Of a stretch of 64,000 bases of DNA, positions 25,561-37,917 are shown one piece after another. Each line of letters starts with the position of its first letter. Positions within the stretch are counted from its first letter, which is position 1. The notes below the pieces were generated by a model. That model had not been told where the DNA came from and did no database searches. It saw only the letters and a list, made by a program, of their open reading frames with translations. The DNA comes from Mustelus asterias (Eukaryota): NCBI RefSeq assembly GCF_964213995.1, contig NC_135817.1, positions 73,966,001 through 74,030,000 of the forward strand, in the 5' to 3' direction. Position numbers and translations under genes: made by a program.

Positions 25561-27747
25561 ATTAAAATATTACTTTATGATTCCTACAATCCCTTTCAGT
25601 TAATTAATTACAATTGAAACTCAGGTGAAATTGAAAGAGGTTACTTTGATAAATACCGATGTGACATTTGCAAACAAGGTTGCATTTGTCAGTTAATAAA
25701 AGCCACCTGCACTTGATGTTCAGAGTACAGGGTTGCTGCTCTAAAATGAAGAAGAATTAGGAAGGGAAAAGGGTTCAACTAGAAAAGCTGCCTGGCAATT
25801 GGATGTAGATGTTGAAGTTTGAATGAGTTTCGGGAGTTCTCAACCAACCACTATATTTGGCCTCAGGGGAGAAGGAATAAAAATCACATTCTGCAAGAAG
25901 TACGAAGTCTGTATCAGCTGGTTATAGTGGCATGAAACATGGAGAAGCTCTGGCCTTGATTCTAAGTTTCAGTTTAAAACTGGCCAGTTATGGCAGGTGG
26001 AAAAGATATTGAAAAGAGGGAACATGATATAATATCAGTAGTATTTCCTTGTTATTAGTACAGTAAATTGATGATAGATAGGATTGGATCCAACATTGGT
26101 CCTTCATACATTTATTGTAGTTTAGTCTATTATATAACGAGAGAAAATTCCAGGTTTGATCCAGATGTTGGTAAGGTAGATTTTACTTAGATGACGTGGA
26201 GTTGGTGCAATCAGATATCCCTGTGCAGATAATGTTCATAGTGAAGCCTTTGGAATTGATCTGACGTGTTTTTCAGACAGTTAAGTAAGTTTCTCATTGA
26301 TAAATAACACAAGTTCTGCGTTTGCTGTGAGTGTAACCTTACATCATACTAAATTATCAAATTTAAATCTATATGTTTACAAGAATGTGGATTTACATCG
26401 AGTTAGCTTGTACCCCAGTTGTGCCAGTAAGAGGGGAATGTTCCCATGTAGAGAAGGGAGAAATACACTAACTAAAATTAGTCTCACACTAAATATAGCC
26501 CCTAAAGAACTTTTAAACTTGACATATTCTGTTTTATTTGCTTCATTACATGTAGAACAAGTTCAGTTGAATGCTTAAACCACATCTGATTACAGAGACA
26601 TACACAATGAGAAAAGCTATTGCTAGCGGCAGGATGTAATTTATATTCACTCTGTGATATTACAAGATCAGACAGCCAAAGTACATTTTCAAAATTCTAC
26701 TAGGTAAGTGTATTTTCTCAAATCATCACTCGCTGGTCGAAGGCCGAGACCAGTGTAATATTCCTGTGTTGCACCCCCCTATACATTTGTCTGGAACTTT
26801 TGCTGCATGTCTCTGCTTACCTTTTGTTCCTACTGCATTCCACATCTGTCTTTCTTGTTCTCCATGAATATCACAATTGGAACACTAGTTGTTTCTCTCA
26901 AAACTTCGATGCGAGGTGGTTCTTAATTATATGGATTTCTGAAAGTGGGAGGGAATGTTTATAACATGACGACTGATGTTTATCATGAACTTCGGGCTAA
27001 CAGCAATCTATGGATGGTACTGTCACTGTATTACAAACTGAAATGTGCTGACTGTCTACCCTCGCACACTGGCATTGATCTAGATGATCTTTTGCATATA
27101 GAATAATCACTTGATTACCAATGTAAGAGATAACACCAGCGCAGTCATGTAATTATTAATTGCCAATAAATAATCTCAAAAGCAACGCTCCAACTTTTTC
27201 CTTCAAAACTGGCTTTTGGAGGGAGAACATTTTAGAAATTAAATCTTAATTGATATTTGGCACTCAAGTACATATTAAGAACTATTAAAACATATACTAC
27301 TTAAATAAAAATAAATCTTTTACGCACAACAAAATGTTGAGGTTAAGAATTATATATCTTTTAACATGATATACATTAATAATATAGACTACGAATCCTG
27401 TAACAACCTGTCCTATAATTGCAGTGAAAATGATTAGACATAATTTATTTAAGATTATTTTAAATATGTCATCATTCCTATTCAGATGGAAGTAAGTTAC
27501 TGATATAAAAAAATATAACAGAATACAATATAGTGTCATAAATTTCCGGCAGCTTAGTTTGCTTCTCATAGAGTAACTTGATTGCGTTAGTCTCTTCTTC
27601 AGAAACATCCATTTTGCCCAGAGGTTTTACTGGTTGGGAACCGATAACAATGTATTTTCTTTTCACAGCGACTTATGTGAAATGTATAATCAACTTATTC
27701 TTGTCCTATTCTAATTTACTACATTTTTACTGTGTTTTTTTCTGCAG

Positions 27748-27821
27748 ATGTAAACAATTTTCGGAGTGGCATTCATAAGGCGTACGCCCCGTTGGCTCCC
27801 ACTCAGACGCCAGAACTCTGA
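27748..27821 (+). CDS. POPDC2: POPDC2 exon 4, alternative C-terminus (D)VNNFRSGIHKAYAPLAPTQTPEL* (337-aa isoform)
   Basis: Strong polypyrimidine acceptor TGTTTTTTTCTGCAG. Phase 1 matches the donor ATTG|GTGAGG at 19834/19835. APLAPTQTPEL* matches the mammalian POPDC2 C-terminus APLAPTHTPEL*. Not in the ORF track. Confidence 0.88.
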
Positions 27822-28604
27822 AATGGGAAAAGAACACAACATGGGGAAACAGAAAACAAGTACTATTTAAACTTCCAACGAATATCAAAAGAAATGAACA
27901 AAAAATAGTCTTGTTTAGTAACATTCTTCTACCTAGAATTCCAATGTGGCTTCTCTGGTTTCCAAAGTTAATAATTAATATTATACCAACAGGTTGGCAC
28001 GATTCATCATCGACAGTGGAGCGGGTTACAGTATTTGTAGGGCCAGTAGAATGAGTATGATAATGAGCATGGCATCATTGAATCACAGTTTTATTTATAT
28101 TTATTGTATTTAATCACTTGAGACAAAATAATTAAAAAATCATTAATAGTATGGTATAGTATGAAAAGGTGATGGCAAATTTTCCATTGAAAAAACAGAA
28201 ATAAATTTGTTTCACCAGTAGGAAATAAGGGTAGAAATGAAAGGTTATATTGTAACAATGTTTGACTATATCATGAGTTAAGTGTGGTACCATTTTTATG
28301 CCAAAATAAGTCGTTAGGAACATAGGAATAGTTGAGATGAGAAAAGGCCATCTAGTTTGCCTTCTATCATCCTGGTAGTCCTACGATACAAGAACTTCTT
28401 TGGAATATTTTATTTTAACAGGTAATACTGCAAAACCTAAATTAGTAAAGGTTTGAAATTTTGTGTAACTGTTAGGAGCCATCTACATAAGTTAATATTG
28501 TATATCTTGTCAGCTAATCTGAATTGAGCAATAATGCTGATTTCAAATAAAGACATAATTCCTGGGACACAAACAACTGTAATTATTAAATTGAAATATG
28601 GATT

Positions 28605-28619
28605 AATAAATGAAATAAA
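28605..28619 (+). terminator. Candidate POPDC2 polyadenylation signals (tandem AATAAA)
   Basis: AATAAA at 28605-28610 and 28614-28619 (also 28200 and 28546) in an AT-rich, repeat-free stretch after the exon 4 stop. Confidence 0.4.
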
Positions 28620-29619
28620 TATCCACATGTGTGTATACTCATATGTCATTTCTACTTAACTCAAATGACAAATCAATTTAATTGAAATTAAACACTGACG
28701 TCAAGACAAATGTTCAAACTTGAATTCATTAACAGCATGCAGGTAGTATTGGTATTTAAAAAATTCTAACGGTAAAACCATCAGAAACAATTTTATCCCA
28801 CCATGGAACATCTGACCTTAACTCTAAATGCCTGCTTATTTTCTCCTTTCTATTCCCTGCTTACTACCGGGATATATTTATCCTAATAATTGCTATGTAT
28901 TGAAGCCTATGTAACTTGAGCTTACCCTGTGAGCTTTTACATGTGTGTTTTGGCGCCTGCTCTGGATCCTAGCCCGTCACTTCTATTTCCACATAAGCTG
29001 GGTTTTTTTAGCTTCTTTTCTTCTGTTGCCTGTCTCTATCATTTCACCCCTCTTCTGCCCTCTCAAATTCCAACCCAATTTTCAGTGCTCCTCGAACCTC
29101 TTAATCTCCTGCCATTGTCCCAAACTTTTAGATAAGCCACAGCTTCTCTCTATGTCGCTCCTGGCATCCTCTGAAAGGCCCATTGAGGCACTAATCATTG
29201 TCTCCTCACAAACAGAAACTCCAAATGCCCCCTTTTTACTCTGTATCAACCTTCTCACCCAGCACCTTCCACTGGGTGTCAATCGTGCTAATGTCTCTCT
29301 GGGCAGCACGGTGGCACAGTGGTTAGCACTGCTGCCTCACAGCACCAGGGACCCGGGTTCGATTCCCGGCTTGGGTCGCTATCTGTGTGGAGTTTGCACA
29401 TTCTCCCCGTGTCTGTGTGGGTTTCCTCCGGGTGCTCCGGTTTCCTCCCACAATCCAAGCTCTGCGAGTTAAGTGGATTGGCTATGCTAAATTGCCCCTT
29501 AGCATCTGGGGGAATAGCTAGGGTAAATGCATGGGGTTATGGGGATAGAGGCTGGAAGGAATTGTGGTCGGTGCAAACCCGGTGGGCGGAATGGCCTCCT
29601 TCTGCACTGTAGGATTCAA

Positions 29620-30700
29620 CGATTCAGCTCATCCCCCTCAGTGCTGACCCTGTGGTCACTCCCAGGGGATTGTCACTGCCCTTTGCTGCATCCTCCACCG
29701 GAATGTTCATTCATTTGTGCTATCCATGACCTCATTGGGAGTGATTGCGTGGTATGATGGCCTTGTGGGAAACCTGGCTGAGGGGTCCTGACTACTTCCC
29801 TCTGAGTGAAGCCTCTCCAACTGCCTGTACCTCACCAGATTGCTGTGGTGGTGGGGTGGCTCTTATCACCAGATTACACCTTGATCTCTCTTCCTCGGAC
29901 ACTTTCTCCTCGTTTGAGCATCTCACCTTGTTCCATCCCTTTCACCCCTCATTTAAAAATGTTATTTTTACAGCCCACCAATTGTGATAAAAATGTTCTC
30001 AACAAGATAATTTCACTGTTTTCCTCTCAGTTCAGCCTTTGCACCGAGCAATAGCAACTTATATTTATAAAGCATAATAAGTAACATCATGAACCGTCCA
30101 AGACACTTCATAGGCACATTATAAAACAAAACATGACACTGAGTTATGTGAGGAAATATTAAGTCAAATGACCAAAAGCTTGGCCAAAGAGTGGGGTTTT
30201 TAAGAAGTTTATTACGGAAGGAAAGTGAGATAGAGAGGTAGAGAGTTTAGGGTGGGAAGTCCAGAACTTGGGACCTACGCAACTAAAGGCACAATCACCA
30301 CTGGTGAAGCAATAGAATTAGGGATGCACAAGAGGCCGGGATTGAAGGAGTGCAGATATCTTAGAGGGCTATGGGGCTGGAGGATATTAGAGAGAGAGGG
30401 AGGGCTTAGGCCATGGAGGGATTTGAAAACAAGGATGAGAATTTGCTTGACTATGAGCTAATATGGGTCAGTGAGCACAGGGATGATTGGGAATTGCGAC
30501 TTGCTGCAAGTAAAGTCATAGGCAGCAGAGTTTGGATTACCTGATGTTTATGAGGGTGGGATGTGTTGAAATAAACAAATCTAGAGATGATGAAGGCATG
30601 AATGAGGTTTTCAGCAACAGATGAACCGACAGGCAGTGTTAGCTAGGTGGAAATAGTTGGTCATAGTGATGCCATGAATGAAGTTGGAATCTCATATTGA
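29620..30700. mobile_element. Decayed L2-like LINE fragments (endonuclease region on +, 3' end on -)
   Basis: MALWETWL...GGGVALI endonuclease motifs. An L2-type 3' terminus lies on the minus strand at ~30055-30110. Confidence 0.55.
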
Positions 30701-30837
30701 GACCAAGAGTGACAGCAAATTTGTAAACATGTGAAAACTAATGCTGTGCCTTCAGATAAAGCTGAGAAATAGGAGGGGTCAAGGACATGTCCTTGCAGAC
30801 ACCAGAGGTAATGGTATGAGAGCAGGAAGGAAAGCCA

Positions 30838-31405
30838 CACAAGAAATGGAAATGGGAGTAGGCCACCAGACCCTTCAGGCCTACCCCACCACTCAATAAT
30901 ATAATGGCTGATCTATGCCGGCACCAACTCCTTTTCTGTGCCATTTCCCCATGGCCCTCTATTCCTCGATCTATCAAATATTTATCCACCAGCACTTTAA
31001 ATACTCCTAATGATCAGACTCCCCTACCCTTTGAGGCAGAGAATTCCAAAGATTCACCACCCTCTGCGAGAAGAAATTCCTATGCACTACACTTCAGTTT
31101 TAAATGAGCAGTCCTTTATCTTGTAGCTATGTCCCCTTGTTCGAGACTCTCCCACTGGTGAAAACATCTCACCATCTACCCTGTCGAAAACATCTCACCA
31201 TCTACCCTGTCAAGCCCTCTCAGGATCTTATATGTTTTAATAAGGTCACCTCTCAACTCTTTTAAACTCCAAGGGATATAGACCTAGACTATTTAGTCTC
31301 TCTTGATAGGACAACCCTCTCATCCCAGGAAGTAGCCTGGTGAATCTCCTTTGGACTGCCTCCAATGCTACTATATCCTTTTTAAGGTTAGGGGACCAAA
31401 ACTGT
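30838..31405 (-). mobile_element. CR1 LINE 3' end
   Basis: Reverse-strand CR1 C-terminal coding remnant and 3' UTR. Contains a 26-bp tandem duplication at 31160-31211. Confidence 0.75.
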
Positions 31406-33372
31406 TTACCTGTATATCGGTTTAGCTCAGTTGGCTGGACAGCTGGTTCATGATGCAGAGTGGTGCTAACATCAATTCTTGTACCTGCTGAGACTCTTCA
31501 TGAAGGTCTATCTTCTCAACCTTGCCCCTCATGTAAGTTGTGGCGATCCACAGGTTAAATCAAGTCAGCTTTTCCCCTCAAAGTGGGTTTGGTACATTAC
31601 GATCCCAGTTGATGTTATAACTATACGGGAAGAGCCCAGAAACACTACCTTTTTTGTACTAAATGTGAGGAAAAGTCACAGAACCACTAAATAGTTTTAA
31701 CAAGAAGAAAAAAATAATTAAACATGAAAAATGGCTTGCAATACAATAATCCCTTACTCTACTAGTTTAACCAAAACTCACAGGTTTTAAGATTAACATG
31801 GATGACAAAGTCTATTTGAAGCTACACTGGTCTCACTAGCACACAGTTAGTGTTTGCGGATTTCTCCTCAGAATCCCTCCCAGATGGTTCTTTAAGAATT
31901 TCCAAAATTCTATTCCCAAAATAAACTTTAAAATCTTTTCTAATGGTAATACATTCACATAGCAGTTCACATTCCAAAATTCAGTTCACATTTTCTAAAA
32001 GACCCACTTGACCAGAACATCCACTCCACTGCTAGCCATAAGCCAAGCCAAGATTTCAGATTAACCCTTTCAGGTTTTCACTGTTACACCAATTCTGATA
32101 TCCAGTCAATACTTTATGATTTTGTTATAGACGATTATAAGACATTTCAAACTTTAGGATTACTTTTAGAAAACTTTTTCCTCTAGTACCCTCACCAATT
32201 GATCTCTTCTCAGCTTTGTCTGGTGTCCCTGAACAGAATCCTGTTCTATTTCCCAGTTTTTTCTTTGTTCCGTTTAACTCCTAACCTTCTGGAAACTTTT
32301 CTTCATTTCCCTAGCTTCTTAACTAGTTGTTCTTCAGATCTTTGGCACTGGCTGTCTGAACCATTACTCAATTGTAGAGTTTTTTCCTTACAGCAAAGCT
32401 AAATGAGTTGCTTCTTCCTTAGCTTCCCCTCGTAGAGCTGAGAGAGTTGTTTACTGCTTCATTGTCTGTCTCCAACTACCTCTAGCTTTCAGCTTAATGT
32501 AAACAAAGAAAGCTGCTGTTCCCCTTACCGCTAAGCAACTATCTTTCTTCACACCATAGCTCTCCAAACACTATAGTGTTTCAGCTGGAACTGAAACTGA
32601 CCCCCACACAGATAAACACTTTTGTTCAGCATGAAATCCAACTGCAACTCCCTACTAGGCACAGAAGCATTAAATTAAATCTACCTAAAACTATATCTTA
32701 TTCCCAATGTTTACCCATACAAATATAAATAACTTAAAACTACGTTTAATAGTTTGAAATAGTACAGAACTTGAGTATTCTGAAAAAAAGAGACATGCTG
32801 TCAAAAGTTTCATCTTGCAGTCACCAGGACAGATCGTAGGAATACCAATAGTAAAAGGAATAATAATTTATACTGCATGAGAAGAGAGAGCTGATTGGTT
32901 GGCAAGTGGACTCTGATTGATAGAGATGTTGCCAAGGAAAATGCACCAGGGAATAGTTAACTGCCAAGCCTTTGTTCAAATTCAAACCAGGCAGGTTGAC
33001 TCTGATTGGTGAAGACATTGCCCACTCAGTGGATGCATTTAAAATGTTACAATAGCTTGATTTTATATTCTTAACTTTAAAAAAGTAAACTGCAATGTTG
33101 GCTATTAGCAAAGTATAATTGCAGAATTGACTGATATTTTAAAAAACAAAGCTCATTTTGTGGGATGCTGGTGGTCAGTTTGTACAGAATGACCAGCGTA
33201 CATAGCCAAATACTATTAAAATTGGGACACAAGAACTTAGAATACAACATAATGAAGAATGACAAAATGTGGCGGCATGTTGTGCAGACTGAAAATCCAA
33301 AAACATGTTTTATAAAATTATTAACCAAAGCGCTTGACAATATTTTTTGAACAGTCATCACATTTCATAATA

Positions 33373-33378
33373 TTTATT
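33373..33378 (-). terminator. Candidate TAF13 polyA signal
   Basis: AATAAA on the minus strand about 300 nt after the stop, followed by T/GT-rich sequence. Confidence 0.5.
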
Positions 33379-33678
33379 ACAGAACCGGCTAAGTTACATA
33401 GACTGTTCACATACACTAATTATTTGTACAAAAATCTTAAAGACGAACTAAAAAAACAGTTCCATTCCACTGTTTGGCTAACAACATTATTTACATTGAT
33501 GAAGTGAAAAAGTAGACAAATCATCAGATTTCTCAGGCCAGAATCTGAATCTACTGCAGGAGTCCATATTATGATGTCTTTAGTCGGGCCTGGAGTGAAA
33601 CACTGTGCCTCTAGTACATGTTTCAAAGGCGGGCAATGCCGAGTTCCCTTTGTTGCATGATATGCTTCCTTCTGAGAA

Positions 33679-33849
33679 CTAGGAGCCATAATTAGCTTCA
33701 TCAAAAGCCTTCCTGGCACGTTTCAATTCTTCATTCATTGTCAACAGGTCCTTTACCCTTGCAAACTTGCGAGGATCTTTACGAATAAGGAAGACAATAT
33801 CTTCAACTTGAACCCGGCCCTGACGTCCTATTGACATGGCCTTGTGAGT
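33679..33849 (-). CDS. TAF13: TAF13 coding exon 4 (THKAMSIGRQGRVQVEDIVFLIRKDPRKFARVKDLLTMNEELKRARKAFDEANYGS*)
   Basis: Acceptor TTTATATAG, TAG at 33681-33679. The four exons total 375 nt, giving 124 aa. Confidence 0.97.
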   Translation of the reverse strand, partial: THKAMSIGRQGRVQVEDIVFLIRKDPRKFARVKDLLTMNEELKRARKAFDEANYGS

Positions 33850-35619
33850 CTATATAAAGGCAGAAATTATAAATATTATAATTTAATGTGTAAAATCAAA
33901 ATATAGCCCACAGAGCACACTATTTCATATTTATTCAATTGTACAAACAAATTGCAATGCTAAGATATTAGAACTAATAAAAGGTAATAAATACATTATT
34001 CAACATGAAATTTGTCATAAATGAGCTATAATTTCTATTCAGATGTAGGATAAGTTCCAAACAACCTATCACAAACAAAAACAGCATTGATGTTATTTTT
34101 CTCTATCTGTTAAATTAGGACAGCATTAAATTAGTATAATACATGTGCCAGTTATACTGGACGCGTAATACACATAATATACAGGTATTGAATCGGCAAA
34201 TATGGTATCTCTCTCTAACTGTTTATCTCCGAGTCCGTTAGTTCGCAGACAAATAGGACTGCCCACTTCAAGTAGTAGGTTTATTTTGTACAGAATATAT
34301 GACATTCTATAAAATCAGACAGACTGATAAATTTCTCAAATCTCCAAAAGTTCATTGAGCCTTCCCAACTTCAGAGAATTCCAGATTCCACAGAACAAAT
34401 GCAATATGCAAAGAACTGTATAGGGTTATGGGAATAGGGCCTGGGTGGGATTGTGGTCGGTACAGACTCAATGGGCCGAATGGCCTCCTTCTGTACTGTA
34501 GGGATTCTATGAATTCAAATGCATCACAACTAAATAGTCATGGCCACTTTTTCACTAGTTGACAACAGTCATGCAGAGGTTTGAGCTGCCACTAGGCAGG
34601 CAGTACAAACATGGCTACAGGGAAACACCAAGGTTATGGAACTAATAACCAAAGATGTGCAGGTTAGGTGGATCGACCATGCTAAATTGACCCTAGTGTC
34701 AGGGGGATTAGTAGGGTGAATATGTGGAGTTACAGGGATAGGGCCTGGTTGGGATTGTGGTCGGTGCAGACTCGATGGGCCGAATGGCCTCCTTCTGCAC
34801 TGTAGGTATTCTATGATTCTATGAACTGGATAGCTCTTTCAAATAGTCAGCATGAGGCACATGGACAAAAAGGCCTCTGTGCCATAAATTCTATATAGTT
34901 TAGATTGCCTTGAATTTAATGGGCAATTTCTGCCAGATCTCGGAGATAATCTATTATTTTGTTTATTGGTATTCATTAAATATTTTCTATGCTACAGCAA
35001 ATGAAATATGAATTGTCCCAATAATAGACATACTACAGGAAGCATTGGGTAAATTTGGAATATAGATGTTTCTGCTTTTGTAAACTTCATAGTAACCTAA
35101 TGCATGATAATTATAATAATTGTAGTACAATCATTTCCCACTTATCAAAACAGATTGTAAACATTGTTAATAATAAGCACAGATCCAGAATGAAGATCCT
35201 GTTACTCTGCTCCAACAAGGTAACTACCATCAATCTCAGGATATAATACTCTTATTTTGCACCATAAATATTTTCATTTTCCATGCTGATTCTTTTATGA
35301 CTTTGCTAAATGAGGCTGATTCGCACTGATTGTACAATTGTCAGCTTTGCTTATACAAAAGCAAAATATTGTAGTTGCTAGAAATCAAATAAAAACAGGG
35401 GATGTTGAAAATACTCAACAGGTCAGGCAACATCCTCAGCGACCCGAAACATTAACTCTGTTTCTCTCTCCACAGATGCTGTACAGACTGCTGAGCATTT
35501 CCAACATTTTCTGTTTTATTTTTGTTGGCCACTTGATTGTCTACATGATGATTCAAATTCCCAGGAGACCGAACATTGCATTTCATGCTTGTATTACACA
35601 GCCTTAACCCCACCCTCCC

Positions 35620-35965
35620 CTCCAGGATTTTCAGACATATTCTAGATAGAAACCAGTGCAATATTGAAAGTGTGTTGGATCATTGATGCCATCCTTCAGT
35701 TAAGACATCAAACTGATGCCCCGTCTTCCTGTTCCAGTGGATCAGACCAATGTTAAAGATTCCAGAAATCTGGCAAACATTCTTCCCCACCAATACCACC
35801 TAAAACAGATCTAATCATTCAGCTCAATGCTATTTGTATTATATTCATGCACACAAAATGGCTGCTAGATAACAATGGTGGTTGTACCTCAAAATGTAAT
35901 TCATTGTATGTGAAGCACTTTGGGACCTTTGAAAAGTGAGTGCTCTGAGTAATTGCAAGTTCTTC
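35620..35965 (+). mobile_element. SacSINE1/DeuSINE-like element, decayed
   Basis: Body CCAGTGCA.TA.TGA...GCCCCGTCT and L2-type tail TGAAGCACTTTGGGAC...AATTGCAAGTTC. Confidence 0.6.
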
Positions 35966-36521
35966 ATTTTAAGTATTTCAAAACAACTATTTTCAAAGCT
36001 TTACTTGAATTCAACTCAGCAAAAATATGTTGTGTATGAACTTGTTAATAAATGCTGTCAGAACTCTATAACATACAGTACTACATTTAAACCCCACGCC
36101 CCATCCTCAAAATTAGCCATGAAAACAAATCCGAGTGCTCGACCATCAGAGAAGCAATGCAGAGAAGGCTGCAGAGTTGTGGTGCTTGAGGTGAATAATG
36201 ATAATATCTTGGACAAGTCACACTACCATGATCAGGAAGTGACATTGGAATTTCTTGAGCATGCAATAAGAAATAATGATTTAGAAAGTTTGATGCTGGT
36301 GGGAAAGATCGATAGTAAAAGTGATTGAGGTCGACAAAGAGCAATCTTTTTAAAGAGCCTCGCACAGTGGATGAATGTCGTACAAGTGAAGATGATTCAT
36401 GTCTCCACAGCAAAATTAATATTGTGGTCCATGGTGGCTGACTCCTTTTCAGGATATGGTACCTGAAGCTTGGTAACTGGCCTGCAGGCTACAACTATGA
36501 TAAACATAAAGTCCAGCTCAC

Positions 36522-36619
36522 CATCTCGGTAATAAATTCAATGACGAGATCCTCCAGGATATCCACCGATTCAGTATAAGGATTCTGGTCATCCCCGAAA
36601 CCATACATCATACATCTTA
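36522..36619 (-). CDS. TAF13: TAF13 coding exon 3 (LRCMMYGFGDDQNPYTESVDILEDLVIEFITEM)
   Basis: Peptide matches the TAF13 histone fold as I recall the human sequence. Acceptor AACAG, donor GTGAGC, 98 nt. Confidence 0.97.
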
Positions 36620-37576
36620 CTGTTTGGAAATATAATAACAATAAGAATGGTCTGTCTCTCTGCTGTAATTCTATGCATCTCAAACAAAGATATCCAACTC
36701 TGCTGTATTTCAGTAACCCTCTACCCATCTGCTGTAGCCAACCACTTACTGGAAACATGCATGACCCTAATCTGTCTGGTCATATGATTGTGACCAACTA
36801 AGACTAAAATTACATTATTCTACTTTTTTACTCCATTTAAAAACAAAATTAAGAAGCATGCACTTTTAAGCAAAGCTTGGTAACACTATTTACCAGGGGC
36901 AGTATGGTGGCACAGTGGTTAGCACTGCTGCCTCACAGCACCAGGGACCAGGTTCAATTCTGGCCTTGGTGACTGCTTATGTGGAGTCTGCACATTCTCC
37001 TCATGTCTGTGTGGGGTTCCTTCGGGTGCTCCAGTTTCTCCCCACACTCCAAAGATGTGCGGGTTAGGTAGGTTGGTCATGCTAAATTGCCCCTTAGTGT
37101 CAGGGGAACTAACAGGGTAAATACATGGGGTTACGGGGATCGGATGTGGGTGGAATTGGCCAACTGGCCTCTTTCTGCACTTTAGAGTTTCTATGATTCG
37201 ATTTCAAAGCACTATGGATAAAACTACAAACTCTAATAGGAACCATGATTTTATTTCTTTAATCTTCCTCTACAGAGACAAAGATAATTCCTGAAGATTT
37301 TGCATAGATGCAATTGTCATTTAGCAAGTATCAAGAAAGCATCAGCCTTGCAGCATCATTTTGTTTAATGAATACAAATTCTGTTTGTTCTTGGTCAATC
37401 AAATCATTGCTCCCATATCATATACTATCCCATCAAAGAGTGAAAATCAAATTAACTATAGTAATTGCAACTTTTAATTTTTATGCAGAAAAATGAACTT
37501 TTATATTTGGGTTTTAGACGTTACTAGATTTGTAACATTGTTGATTTTTAAATATTTTACCAGTGTTATGACTTAC

Positions 37577-37655
37577 ATTCCTTAGAAAACAATCTTTTTC
37601 TTCTGCCTTGACCACCCTCTGCACCGCTTCCACTCTCCTCCACATCTTCATCAAA
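37577..37655 (-). CDS. TAF13: TAF13 coding exon 2 (FDEDVEESGSGAEGGQGRRKRLFSKE)
   Basis: Acceptor CCTTACAG, donor GTAAGT, 79 nt. GAEGGQG.RKRLFSKE matches TAF13. Confidence 0.95.
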
Positions 37656-37917
37656 CTGTAAGGAGAGTATTGCTAGGTATTTAATCTTTTTTAAATGATA
37701 ATCATATATTATACATTATTCACACATCTTACACCCAGAATATGTTGTCTTAGAACCACAGAATCCTTACAGTGCAAAAGAGGCCATTCAGCCCATCAAA
37801 TCTGCACCGACTCTCTGACAGAGTATCTTACCCAGACCCTCTCCCCTGTCCTATCGCTGTAACCCACACATTTACCATGTCTAATCCACCGTACCTCATC
37901 TTTGGACTGTGGGAGGA

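Noticed and set aside
31160-31211. 26-bp perfect tandem duplication as a functional repeat or CRISPR-like array
   Set aside because: Only two units with no spacer, inside a dead CR1, so this is a simple local duplication.
35936-36328. 130-aa ORF in TAF13 intron 3
   Set aside because: It starts within a SINE remnant, has no recognisable domain or splice support, and probably overlaps decayed LINE sequence.
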